Shown here in pieces: positions 12,714 through 24,559 of a DNA stretch of 64,000 bases. The notes below the pieces were generated by a model. It was given only the letters and a program-made list of their open reading frames with translations, did no database searches and was not told where the DNA came from. Position 1 is the first letter of the stretch. Each line of letters starts with the position of its first letter. The DNA comes from Octopus sinensis (Eukaryota), in the NCBI RefSeq assembly GCF_006345805.1, contig NC_043002.1:78554001-78618000 (forward strand), given 5' to 3'. The position numbers and the translations under genes were made by a program.

Positions 12714-13656
12714 TTTGTGATATTTCTGCTGTTTTTTCAATAAAGTATATATGTGTGTGTGTGTGTGTGTATGCGCATGCGTGTGTGTGAATGTATATCT
12801 GTGTCGGTGTGTGTGTGTGTGTGTGAATGTATATCTGTGTCGGTGTGTGTGTTTCTGTCTGTGTTTGTTTCTTCAGAGATTTAGAGCTTAAACAAGAAGT
12901 CTCCAATTAAACAGTCTTCAAAATATAAATCTGTATTCCATAATGGTGATGTAAATTACATGTCATATTTCATATTTGTGTATTTTATTTATTGACTTCT
13001 TTTTTCTTTTCTTTTCTTTTTTTTTTTTTGGCAGCACATGTAACCACAATTTTTTCCTCTGTCTCTGAATTTGTTTACCATCCAACTGAATAAATCTGAT
13101 ATTTTGATAAACTAGATTTCTTTTTTTTTTCTTTCTTCTATCAATAAACAACTCTCTGAACTAGCTGACATTCTAACATATGGTGAAGGAAAGACATTTG
13201 TTTAGGGCCACATTTGTTTTCAGCTAGCATTGACAATGAAGGTGCTTTTCTTCAGTTTGTAAAGATGAAGCTAGTTATTAATCCTTTCATTACCATATTT
13301 GTTTTGAAATGCATCGCCTTTGTTTCAATTAATTTTTAAAATAATGAAGAATTTGGTAAAATAACTTTGTCCTTATTAAACTGGTTTCTGGACACAGACT
13401 AACATGAAATTGTAATGAAAGGTTTTAATTTAAATCATTTTAAAACACCAAGTTGATATGCTCAAACCAGAAGTGGTCTAAAGCAGGTTGGTATCAATTG
13501 GGTTTAATTAGATCATAATTACACCTGTAGAAACAAAAATTAAAATATTGTGTTTTATTGTAAATTTAATTTTATAATAACTATAAACTTTTAGTGTATG
13601 ATAGATTATCAACCACATGGTTGTGAATTAACCTTTCTACAGTTGTAATTCTGCAT

Positions 13657-13968
13657 GGAGGCATGTGACTTAATGCTTCGCTTATTCCGCTCAAGATTGT
13701 AAGGTTATGAGTTCAATTCCCAGCAAAGTGTTGTGTTCTTGAGCAAGACACTTTATTTCATGTTGCTCCTGTACACTCTCTTGGCAAAAATAAGTAGTAC
13801 TGGTAATTCAAAGGGCCAGCCTTGTCACATGCTAAGCCGTGTTGAATCTCCCTGAGAACTATGTTAAAGGTATGTGTGTCTGTGGATTACTCAGCCACTT
13901 GCATGTTAATTTCACAAGCTGATTGAATCAACTGGAAATCTTATCATCATAAGTAATGGAGTGTCAGT
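13657..13968 (+). mobile_element. tRNA-headed SINE (family G)
   Basis: B-box gagttcaattccc, then tgttgtgttcttgagcaagacactttatttcatgttgctcc, shared with 26652 and 27528. Confidence 0.65.
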
Positions 13969-14244
13969 ATGTGTATAATTTTGTAGTGTATGTAACTTGC
14001 TTCAATATGCCCTGCTGGCAATAGATTCTAATGTTGCCTCATGGTGGGGTTGTTTGCCACAAAAAAGGGCCTTCATTTCTATAAGTTATTTTGAATTTAT
14101 ATTTTGTTCTCTTTGTTTTTACTGCAAGCAAATAGTGAAAAAAAAAAGCAAATTAATGAGACTAAAAGAAACCCACAGATTTCTCTATACATTTTATTTA
14201 GCAGTCATGTCTCTATAAATTGTTGACATATTGGTAGTAGTTAA

Positions 14245-14467
14245 CCCTTTCGTTACTGTAATTATTTTGAGATGTTTCTTTCAATTACCTTAAATATCAA
14301 TTACTTAAAATATAACAAAGAATTTAGTAAAATAACTTAGTTATCATTCAGCTAGTGTTAGGAACATAAATTGTGACTAAGGTTTGGTGGAAGATTTTAA
14401 TTCAAAACTTATGAAAACAAGACATTTGCACTCAGAGCCAGTTTCAGCTGGGTTGGTAACGAAAGGG
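14245..14467 (+). mobile_element. piggyBac-type MITE (family D)
   Basis: TTAA|CCCTTTCGTTAC ... GTAACGAAAGGG|TTAA: perfect 12-bp TIR, TTAA on both sides, 223 bp. Confidence 0.92.
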
Positions 14468-14612
14468 TTAAAGGAGTACATTTGCAGTAATATTTATTTA
14501 ACTATGTCCCATTTAAATGTTTCAGTGTTTTATGACTGTTTATCATTTAGTTAAATTTTTGTTTACTTAATTCTTGTCAAATTTCTTTCTTTAACTTTGG
14601 AATTTTCCTCAG

Positions 14613-14735
14613 GAAATGAATGATTTATCGAAGTATAATTATGAACGAGCATCTACTGAAATGTATGGGTTAGCTTGTAAACAATTCCACCAGGCTAAGA
14701 CCTTCTATGAGAATATACCCAATCCCAATGAGGAA
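14613..14735 (+). CDS. NAA35: NAA35 coding exon
   Basis: cctcAG/GTgagt, 123 bp, phase 0-0. EMNDLSKYNYERASTEMYGLACKQFHQAKTFYENIPNPNEE resembles EMSDLNKY...KHFQQAKMILENIPNPDHE. Confidence 0.96.
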
Positions 14736-15014
14736 GTGAGTTTTGTCTTTGAAATATTTTTTTAAATGTTATTATTTATTTCAGTGTGATTTCAATTCAA
14801 CTAACTTAACCATTTCTTTTCTAATATAATAGCGAACATATTGGACAGTGTATTCCCTGATATATGACTGGAATGTTTTTATTCATAGATTTACTGAATC
14901 AGGGTAAACCTAGGGCTAAATAACAATAACATATTTACAAACATTGCCCATGAAATATTGGAATGGGCGACAGTAACAGCTTCTGGCATAATATTTTTAT
15001 TGTTATTGTCATTG

Positions 15015-15290
15015 CTAATGCCGCTGGTCTGGCTCCTGTGCAGATGGCACATAAAAAGCACCATTTAAGCGAGGCCATTGCCAGTACCGCCTGACTGGCC
15101 CTCATGCTGATGGCACATAAATGCACCCACTACACTCTCAGAGTGGTTGGCATTAGGAAGGGCATCTAGCTGTAGAAACTCTGCCAGATCATATTGGAGC
15201 CTGGTGCAGCCATCTGGTTTGCCAGTCCTCAGTCAAATCATCCAACCCATGCTAGCATGGAAAGCGGACGTTAAATGATGATGATGATGA
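15015..15290 (+). mobile_element. Family A RTE-3'UTR repeat
   Basis: Two hairpin modules, conserved terminal block, (gat)n tail. Confidence 0.85.
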
Positions 15291-17094
15291 AGTTGTACAT
15301 AGTTTTTTTTCTTATACTTCAACATTATCAAAAATATTGGTACAGTATATACTGTAATAATGTTCATGTTTATATTGAGTCAGATTGTATTTAGTACACT
15401 AACCTCCAGTTACATGTGAAACATTAAGACCAATCTATGCCAGCATGGAAAACAGGCGTAAAACGATGACGATAATGATGATGAATATTAACAGTATGTA
15501 AAATTAGAAGATGGTGGATGAAAGATTGTATGTGTGCATGTATATATGTACGTGTGTCTGTTTGTTTACATGTAGATGTATATATATGTATATATGTGTG
15601 TGGGTGTGTAAATATATATATATATGCATCATTTAATATGTCTGCCCTGTTCTCCATTTTCATAACATACACTGCTGCTTTGCTTTTGTGAAATTTAAAC
15701 TTTTGACTTTTATTTTTAGTTCTTACTAGTTTAAAAGTAAAATAAAAAGGATTGTATTTAATGATTTTTTTTAATTTTTAGAATTTGTTTTTCCATAATC
15801 CAAACATCATATAAACTTACAGTATGGTGATGGCTGTTTGATTTCTGGTGCGTAAGTAAAGTGACTGAAATGTTAACAAACGATTACTGCCCGTCTTTTG
15901 ATAAATTATTCCCAGAAAGAAAGAGCACCATCATATTTGCAAACAATCAAAGAAAAAGTTTAACATAAAGTTGTTTATGATATTGATTTCAAATTTTGCC
16001 ACTTGAAAAGGATAAAAAGCAAAGTCAGCTTCAGTAGAATTTGAACACAGAACGTAAAGATGGATGAAATGCTTAGTGGCATTTCGTCTGGTGTGCTAAT
16101 GATTCTACCATCTCACTGCCTTAAAGTTGTTTATGATATTAACAGACAAAAATAAATATATTTATAATAAAAAAAAAAGCAAAAAAACTCCATGAGCCAT
16201 TACTATTTTAATGTTTAATTTTTTTCTATTGGCTTAAGTTGGAGTGTCTTGGGATATAACATCCTTCTATGTGTCTTAATTTTGCTTCTGAGTCTACGGG
16301 ACTTTGGCTTTGACCTAATTAATCTCTGGTCTTTATTTACCAAAGGAATCTTCCACCACTAAATAATGGTATTTTCATATTTGTCATGCATTATCCATTG
16401 ACACTACATATCAAGTTGGAATTAAGTTCACTGAAATATTGGTAAATTAGCAATGCCTTACTCAATCTCTTCTTGACTTCACTAATAAAGTACCAATGTG
16501 GCAAATTGCCAGAATCGTTTGAATGTTTGATAGAATGTTTTTCGTATTTGTTCTCACTCTTTACACTCTGAGCTCAGATTCTTGCCAGGTCAACTTTACC
16601 TTACTTACTTTTGAGAACATTAAGAACCAGTCCAATACTAGTTGATTTTTCTCTCTCTCTCTCTCTCTCCCTCTATAATCCAACGGTTCAGCTTTGTCAC
16701 TTTGTGTCATGTTGATTTGACCTGAGAATTGTTTTAAGGCACGTTTGTCTGAATTTTCTGTAAACAATTTGCAGATGTCAGTGCTACCAGTTGAAAGCTT
16801 CAACTAGCTGAATGCTAGCAAGCTTATTGGTGAGACATTAAGACATAACAGGAGAAAATGCATGCCATTTCAGGGCCTTCCTATTGATGGGTTGTTGCAT
16901 ACTGCTTCCCCTCCCTCTCTTAGATGAGGCCCCACTCACTAGATCAACTGGTTACTAGGTTTTGCTCAATATTCTTCTAGCTTTTGCTCATCGTCTCTTT
17001 GTAACCAAATCCAGTGGCTTGTCTTCTCCCTTGTAGCTTGTAGAATACTCAGCTGCTTTCACAAGTTGGAATTAAGTTCACTGAACAAGTCTTT

Positions 17095-17470
17095 TATTTG
17101 TTTCAGTCTTTTGACTGCGGCCATGCTGGAGCACCGCTTTTAGTCGAGCAAATCGACCCCAGGACTTATTCTTTGTAAGCCTAGTACTTATTCTATCAGT
17201 CTCTTTTGCTGAGCCGCTAAGTTACGAGAATGTAAACACACCAGCATCGGTTGTCAAGCGATGTTGGGTGGACAAACACAGACACACAAACGTATACATA
17301 TATATATATATATGATGGGCTTCTTTCAGTTTCTGTCTACCAAATCCACTCACAAGGCTTTGGTTGGCCCAAGGCTATAGTAGAAGACACTTGCCCAAGG
17401 TGCCATGCAGTGGGAATGAACCCAGAACCATGTAGTTGGGAAGCAAGCTACTTACCACTCCTGTGTCTGT
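17095..17470 (-). mobile_element. Family B SINE
   Basis: Complete head-CORE-microsatellite-tail layout on the minus strand. Confidence 0.85.
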
Positions 17471-17548
17471 ATACTTTTCATTGAGGCCAATAGAGAATTC
17501 ACCAGCTTACTATTGTACAAGGAACATTTATGATTGTTGTGCTGAAAA

Positions 17549-17772
17549 TGTTACTCCCCTTCTCACGTGACAGAGTGGTATTAGAGAACCACTATAAAGT
17601 CAGACGGTCAGTGGTCAGTCGTTGTAGGGGTTCAGTAGTAGTAGTCGTTGTACAAATTCTTAGTTGGAGTCAGTGTCAGTTACGTGATATATACAAGTTC
17701 AAGTTACGGAGTTACCAGCGATAGCACAATAGATGAGTCAAAGATAATAAAACACAGAACGCTGCCACAACA
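17549..17772 (+). mobile_element. LTR-like segment
   Basis: TGTT...AACA termini, TATAAA 17593, AATAAA 17746, then tagtggcaacaag (PBS-like). CpG-richer than the flanks. No TSD found. Confidence 0.45.
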
Positions 17773-18046
17773 TAATAGTGGCAACAAGAATATTACAGTG
17801 CCAACAAGGATCCACATTATAACAATGATGTCTTCACAATCACTGTAAACCCTCTGTATTTACTGTCCATTTGTTTAGTGCTAGATAGCATCACTATCCT
17901 TACAAATGATTCATAATATGTCCACAGAAAGTTTTTTGTTTATATTTATAGAGGTTGTTGTTTAATTTAATTTTTCTCTAATGAAATTATCTTGAAGTAT
18001 ATTTCATTGTCTTCAAGAATCTTAAAGAAAAAAAAATTTAAACATC

Positions 18047-18500
18047 GAAATCAAATTTGATGACTGGCATCCGTGCTAGTGCAGCGCTAAGAACACCATC
18101 CGAGCGTGATTGTTGCCAGAGCAGCTGACCGGCTTCTGTGCCGGTGGCACATAAAAAGCACCATTCAAGCGTGATCGTTACCAGTGTCGCCTTACTGGCA
18201 CTCGTGCTGGTGGCACATGAAAAAGCATTCAGGCAAGGTCGTTGCCAATGCCACTGGACTGGCTCTTGTGCATTTGAGTGTGGCCATTGCCAGTACCGCC
18301 TGACTGGCCCTCATGCTGGTGGCACGTAAAAGCACCCACTACACTCTCGGAGTGGTTGGCATTAGGAAGGGCATCAAGCTGTAGAAACTCTGCCAGATCA
18401 GATTGGAGCCTGGTGCAGCCATCTGGTTCGCCAGTCCTCAGTCAAATCGTCCAACCCATGCTAACATGGAAAGCAGATGTTAAATGATGATGATGATGAT
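18047..18500 (+). mobile_element. Family A RTE-3'UTR repeat, long form
   Basis: gaaatcaaatttgatgactggcatcc leader, several hairpin modules, terminal block, (gat)n tail. Confidence 0.88.
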
Positions 18501-18611
18501 TATGAATTTGAACATAGTTTTTTTCTTATACTTTAACATTATCAAAAGCTGAGATCTAGTTTGATTTTGTATGTCATTAAATTTAATGATGAATTTCTTT
18601 CATAATTTCAG

Positions 18612-18692
18612 GTTCAAAACCTAATAAAAATTGCAAAAACTAATTATGTTGTGATGAAACTATTGTTAAGTGGTCACAAAAAGGACTCCTCA
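18612..18692 (+). CDS. NAA35: NAA35 penultimate coding exon
   Basis: tttcAG/GTaagt, 81 bp. [27 protein letters not shown] resembles [27 protein letters not shown]. Confidence 0.96.
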
Positions 18693-20658
18693 GTAAGTAA
18701 ATCCAGTTTGTATTCTTTTCTTCATATGAATCTTGGGGTTATTTACTTCATATGAATCTTGGTATTAGTTTAATCTGCTCCCAAGGGTTTCGCACATTAT
18801 AGATTATTAATTTTCTGAATGTCTTTTCAGATGCTACTCTGAAAGCATTTAACTTCAGCATTCAGATTGTTCTGTCAAATGGAATACTTATTTATTCATA
18901 TTGTTTTAAATTAATCATACAATATCTTGTAGCTTTGAGAGTTCAATAATGTGATTGTTGCATTTTTAGAATGATATTATTGGGCGGATGTAAATAATTG
19001 GATCCAGCTGGTTTGAACATAAAGCAGATAAAATATTTGGGCCGGATGTGGCCAGTTTGAATGCTAAAGAAAGAAGAAAGAAAAAGATTATTAATGTGAA
19101 AAACTTGTAATAGAGGAAGTTATCATTTGAGAGATTGGTATGTGCAGTAAAAATATGGAAATTAATTTTTAGATTGCTCTCATAAATATAAATGACAGTG
19201 AAAGTATTTTTTCATCTAGAGTAATAAGTGGAACATAAATTGTTATAGGTAACAAAAACATTTTGGAAGTGGTTATCCATCTACATCAGTGGTTCTCCAG
19301 TATTTTTTTTTAACCTATGGACCCCTTTGATTATTATTTTATTGTGGTGGACCTCCATAGCCATTCAATGCTTAAAAGTTAGTTTTATAGGTACTATTTT
19401 TTTGCAAAATTACTCTTTTGTTTTCCACACATTCACTTGTATAAGTTGGCAATTGTATTCTCAGAGAACATGTTTCTGTTGCCAAAAACATATTAACTCT
19501 TTTGTTACCGTATTTCTTTTGAATCTTCTCACAAGACTTTGGTCTAGAAGACACTTGCCCAAAGTGCCATGCAGTGGAACTTGAACCCAGAATCATGTGG
19601 TTGGTAAGCAAGCTACTTACCACACAGCCACTCCTGCACCTATCTGTTATCATTAAGCTAGTGTTAGGGACATACATTGTGACTAAGGTTTAGTGGAAGA
19701 TTTTAATTCAGAACTTATGAAAACAAGACATTTGTACTACAGAGCCTGAGGTAGTTTCAGCCGGGTTGGTATCAAAAGGGTTAAACTATGTAAAATATTT
19801 GACAAAGAAATATCAGTTTCTTGCAATAAATACACCTAAAGCAAAATTCTTTTCATGGACTCTTAAAATACTACTGTCGTTCCCCAATTTACTATTTTGC
19901 ATGCAAGGACCCTTAAAAATTTTATATGGACCCAAGTTAAGAATGACTGATCTGTATTCAAACTGGGTCAAGCAGGTGAGTCTTGCAGGCAGGCAGGCAA
20001 AGCAGCAGGGAGTGACGGGGGGGCGGTTGAGTGAGAAGGCTTCCATACAGTTCTGTTTACTAAATTTTATTCACAAGGCATTGATTAGCTCAAGGCTGTT
20101 TTAGTAAACACTTATCCAAGGTACCACCCACTGGGAGCAAACCAAAAATTACATTGTTGTAAAGTGAACTTCTTAACCACATAGCCATGCCTGCATCTCC
20201 ATCACTTTTGATTTTGATGAGAGAGAAATGAAAGGATTCTGAAGAACATAGTCCTTTGTATCTTTTTTTTTTGTTATTATTTATTTGCTTCAGTAATTTG
20301 ACTGTGGCCATTCTGGGGCACCATCGATTGTCAAGCGATGTTGCGGGGGGGGGGGGGGACACAAACACAGACACACAAATACACACACACATGACAGGCT
20401 TTGTTTAGTTTCTGTCTATCAAATCCACTTACAAGACTTTGGTTGGCCCTAGGCTATAGTAGAAGGCACTTGCCCAATGTGCCAGTGGTTGGTAAGCAAT
20501 CTACTTACCACACAGCCACTCCTGCACCAATCTGTTTATTTTCAGAGCAAGAATTGTCATATAAGATATCTACAACTAAAAAAAGACAGATGAAAGCAGT
20601 TAAAAAAATATGCAATAATTTTGCAAAATTAAAATATTTTTCTTTGTTGTTTTTACAG

Positions 20659-20718
20659 GATCCACCTGAATTTGACTTTAGCCTCAGCAAAGTTTGTCCT
20701 GTAATTAAATTAAATTAA
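20659..20718 (+). CDS. NAA35: NAA35 terminal coding exon
   Basis: ttacAG acceptor. DPPEFDFSLSKVCPVIKLN* resembles VPPEFDFSAHKYFPVVKLV*. TAA at 20716-18. Confidence 0.96.
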   Translation, partial: DPPEFDFSLSKVCPVIKLN

Positions 20719-21144
20719 TTTGGCACCTGAGTATTATTCTACCTTTTGGCATAGTAATATGTCATTAGAATGAGGAGCTGATCTAAACCAAAACTTACAT
20801 TGGTTCATTCAGGTGGATTGAGTGTTTTGTTGTTACTGCTATGTGCACAAATGGTCTGAACGTTGACTGAAGTTGATCAGAGACAAATAAATACCTGCTT
20901 TGTTGCAAACAATTCTTTGATTGCATCAGTCTTAAAACCTTTTGTTAAAAATTGATAATAAAAATTTTAAAAATACTTTTGTTTCTTTCCTTATTGCTTT
21001 CATTCATTTACATAATCAGTTCTGTTTAATTGTCTGTAATAATTATAGGCAATTAATAATTGTATAATAATTGCATAGTATTTTTAAGATGCCAAATCAT
21101 TAAGCAGGAAATGTATGTAAAATTGATTATTAATTGTACGTGTA

Positions 21145-21399
21145 AATAAAGTCTGTTTTGATTAATAGATAAAATTATTTTCTAATTTTGAGCAACAAAC
21201 TAGCAAAATGTATTAGATTAAATATAAATTTGATGGAGCATAAATAAAGAAAATTTTGAGACTTCATTTTCATGATGAGCTAAAGTAGAAAGTTTGCTGT
21301 ATTTACAAACAAATGGTGCAAAAAAAAAAAATCAAATGAATTAAAGACAATCAAGATTTAGATTTCTGGTAATATTTTGTTTAATAAAATGTCAATAAA
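21145..21399 (+). terminator. Candidate NAA35 polyadenylation signals
   Basis: AATAAA at 21145, 21243, 21383 and 21394 in AT-rich sequence after the stop codon. Which one is used cannot be told from sequence. Confidence 0.35.
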
Positions 21400-21873
21400 T
21401 TAACCCTTTTATTTGTATATTTCTGTTAAAATACATTGCTTTTATTTCAGTTAATTTTTAAAATAACAAAGAATTTAGGAAAATAATTTTGTCGTTTTTA
21501 ATCTGATGTTTAGAACATGAATTAACATAAAATTTTGATGGTGGGTTTTAGTTTAATCCTTTAGCAGTCTGATTTCTATGTCCAATTTATTCTTTATTTA
21601 GTTACATTGTTTGGAATTTATCAGGCATTATCCCATAGCTTCAGTATTGTGATGAGGTGATTGTATATTTTTAGAATGACATTTTAGGCTGGGTGCGAGA
21701 GGTTGGATCTGGTCAGTTTTAACTTAAAACAGGTAGAATATTTTGGCTGGATATGGCTGGTTTAAATGCTAATGGGTTAAATCATTTTAAATCAGGAAAT
21801 TTGTATCATAAAATTAATCTCAGGTGGGTTGGTATCAGAAGATTGCTCAGAGATCAGAGAGGTACACCAGGTA

Positions 21874-22158
21874 GAGCCATTACTTCTTTGAAATGAGAAA
21901 TCACAGCTCTGATGTTATGCACATATGGTAAAAAAATGTCTCAGGAAAGAATTGCTGGACAGGTCTTACAGGCAAAACCAACTTGCAGAAAACCCAGGGG
22001 CAGACCATGAACAATATGGCTGGATAACATCCATGAACTTAACTTGTCGCAATTGGCAATCCAGCTGGATCAATTGGAGACTGTTGCTTCAGACAAGACC
22101 TGATAGAAGGACTTTTACCCAACAACCCTCCCAGGAATAACTGGGCAAAGAGGATGAG
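21874..22158 (+). mobile_element. RTE-clade (Expander/Rex3-like) LINE 3' fragment
   Basis: Reads EPLLL*NEKSQL*CYAHMV..MSQERIAGQVLQAKPTCRKPRGRP*TIWLDNI, matching the RTE C-terminal RWxGH...RPRGRPRxRW motif, with stops. Confidence 0.7.
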
Positions 22159-22292
22159 AAGAATTTTATATCAAGTAGTGAATGGTCACCATTTCATTGT
22201 TTTCCGTATCAATTATATTAACCTGTGATTGATCCAGTAGCATATTACTTAATTAACGTGATCCCAGATGTTGAGAAACACTGATTTAACCT

Positions 22293-22570
22293 AAATTCGA
22301 GACACCAGCAAAAGAAGAAATAAAGATAGACTTTTTTTCTATTCCAAGAAAAACGATTTTACAAATGCACGTTCCCATGACTTGATCGATCGCATTCTCA
22401 CCTGGAAACGATTTTTGTAATTTTTTCAAGACTTTTACACACCCTGATACCGTCGGTATCTACATATCGAATTTGAGCGCAATCGGATGGAGGATGCCCA
22501 AGATCCTAGAAGACACACACACACACAGACAGAACGGATTGAAAGATAGAAGATGGAATATACAAGAACT

Positions 22571-22595
<25 letters not shown>
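22293..22595 (+). mobile_element. Tentative non-autonomous Helitron/Helentron-type element
   Basis: CpG-rich island in AT-rich DNA: atatcgaatttgagcgcaatcggatg...gatcctagaaga(ca)n-gacagaacgg then (TA)n. Layout resembles DINE/HINE elements; no diagnostic termini verified. Confidence 0.3.
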
Positions 22596-22601
<6 letters not shown>

Positions 22602-22843
22602 CATGTATACATCTGTCAGTGTTGGTGTGTATTTGTGTGCCTCCTTGTCTTGATAATCATGATAATTGTAAATGTGTGTTACTATTATAAAAGTAGTGTC
22701 ATTTGTTTCCAATCTTACAAACTGTATGTTGTAAGAGTCAGCTGTTGTAACAACAAATACAGATTTTTCCATTCTTTATTGTTGTTTCTGCATTTATTCT
22801 GTTGGTTATGAATTCATTGTTGTTCCATTTAATGGAGCATTAA

Positions 22844-23062
22844 CTCTTTAGTGTTCATATTATTCTATCAAACATAATGCTAATTGATTCACATTGATTT
22901 GAATTAATCATGCATTATCTCATATCTTCAAGATCTTGATGGTGTAATTACTTAATGTAGAATAACATTGTAGGGTAGGTGTGAGAGCCTGGATCTGGTC
23001 AGTTTGAACATAAAACAGATTAACCATTTTGGCCGGATATGGCCGGTTTAAATACTAAAGGG
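22844..23062 (-). mobile_element. TTAA-type MITE (family F), complete
   Basis: TTAA|ctctttagt ... actaaaggg|TTAA (8/9 TIR). Related copies near 18840-19067, 21580-21781, 37795-38010 and 47797-47880. Confidence 0.8.
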
Positions 23063-24559
23063 TTAATGATATTTTTGTGTCTACCATTTCAATGAATACT
23101 CTTTACCTAAGGTTTTGTAATATTATTGTTAGAAAGACTTGAACCTTCAACTCTTGATGAAGTTGTAGGATATTATCATGATGTAGAGTATAGGTGGGGA
23201 ATAAACTTGATAGAGCACATTCCCCACCAAATCCAGCCTCAGAAGATTGCTTCTGGAACAAGAGATAGAGAGAGAAGAATCAATCCCAAGTGCAGGACTG
23301 TTACTTTAGTGACCTCAGGAGGATGAAAGGTAAAGTTGGTGTTGGTTGGATATGAACTAGGAGTGTAGAGAGTCAGAACAAATTCTGCAAATTATTTTAT
23401 GAGACACAAGTTTATACTTTCACTAAGGAATTCTAATAATCCAAAAAAGTAGAAGTTTCTCTTGCTTTGCTTGACTAAAATATAGTGCTAGTTAACTCCA
23501 AGCATTTTCTTAATCACTGCATTATAACCCTATTATGGTTATTTCTGATGTTGAAAACATTGGGAATAATAAAACCAAAGTTTTTATATTTTCTGTTTAA
23601 GAAACCAACATCTTATCCCCTTGATCATTGTGAAACCTTAACATCAGATACTTATTTTCAGCAGGAAATATACTATAGCCTTGTCTACCGCCATACTACT
23701 ACAATGAACTAAATATCATGTTAATATCTGAGACGATTTCTGTATTTTGAGTACACTTTTATTAAATTGTTGAGTGAGGATGGGACTGAAGATAGAGGAG
23801 GTGTGAATAAAATACTAAGAGAGATAAAATCATATGTCATTTAGTACAGGACTAGATCTACTCCTTTACCATCCTTCCATTACATCATATAAATTTCTTC
23901 ACAATGGATTCGTGAGAAAAGCGAATAAGAGTTTCAAGTGAGCAAATGTAGATTTCAAGAGATAACTTGTAAAATGACCTCATGTTTTGTTAACTCAATA
24001 TATTTACTATTTGTAAGTCATCTATTCCCCAAAGTTTAGTAACTGTGGGGGAATTAAATTCCACTGAAATTCATCTCGGCGCGTTTAAACCTTATTCATA
24101 GCTCCTGCCACCATCCTTTTATTGTAAGCTCGACATTTTGTATATTTACTCAAGTGCAGTATGATAAAGAAAAGTCTATATGTTTATATCTTAACCAAGT
24201 AAGCCAACGTTTATATTCACAGTAATATCCAGGAAAAAAAATCAGAAACATTTGAATTCTAGAACTTTAGTAGCATTTGTGTATTCTAAAAGGGAATGGT
24301 TTCAAACATATGGAATGAAATTGTAAACTAAATAAACAAAAGTATATATTTTCACTCATTTGTTTCCCCTGAACTAGGAATTCTTTTGTTTTCATCTGAA
24401 ATATGTAATGCTTTTTTTTAACAAAGTTTTAGTTCTGATAATTTTAGGGGCAGGAGACATCAAATGCTATGAGATTCATGATTTTTTTCCAAGAATATTA
24501 ATGGTGGATATGACCCAAGAATAGAAATTGGGTTGCTTGATAACCTCAGAAAATATTGG

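Larger units (their letters stand above)
12481..12749. mobile_element. Two inverted Penelope-like terminal repeats around a short filler
   Basis: 12551-12626 is the reverse complement of 12673-12749 with few mismatches. Each arm carries a degenerate minimal hammerhead motif. Both outer ends abut TA microsatellites. Confidence 0.7.
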
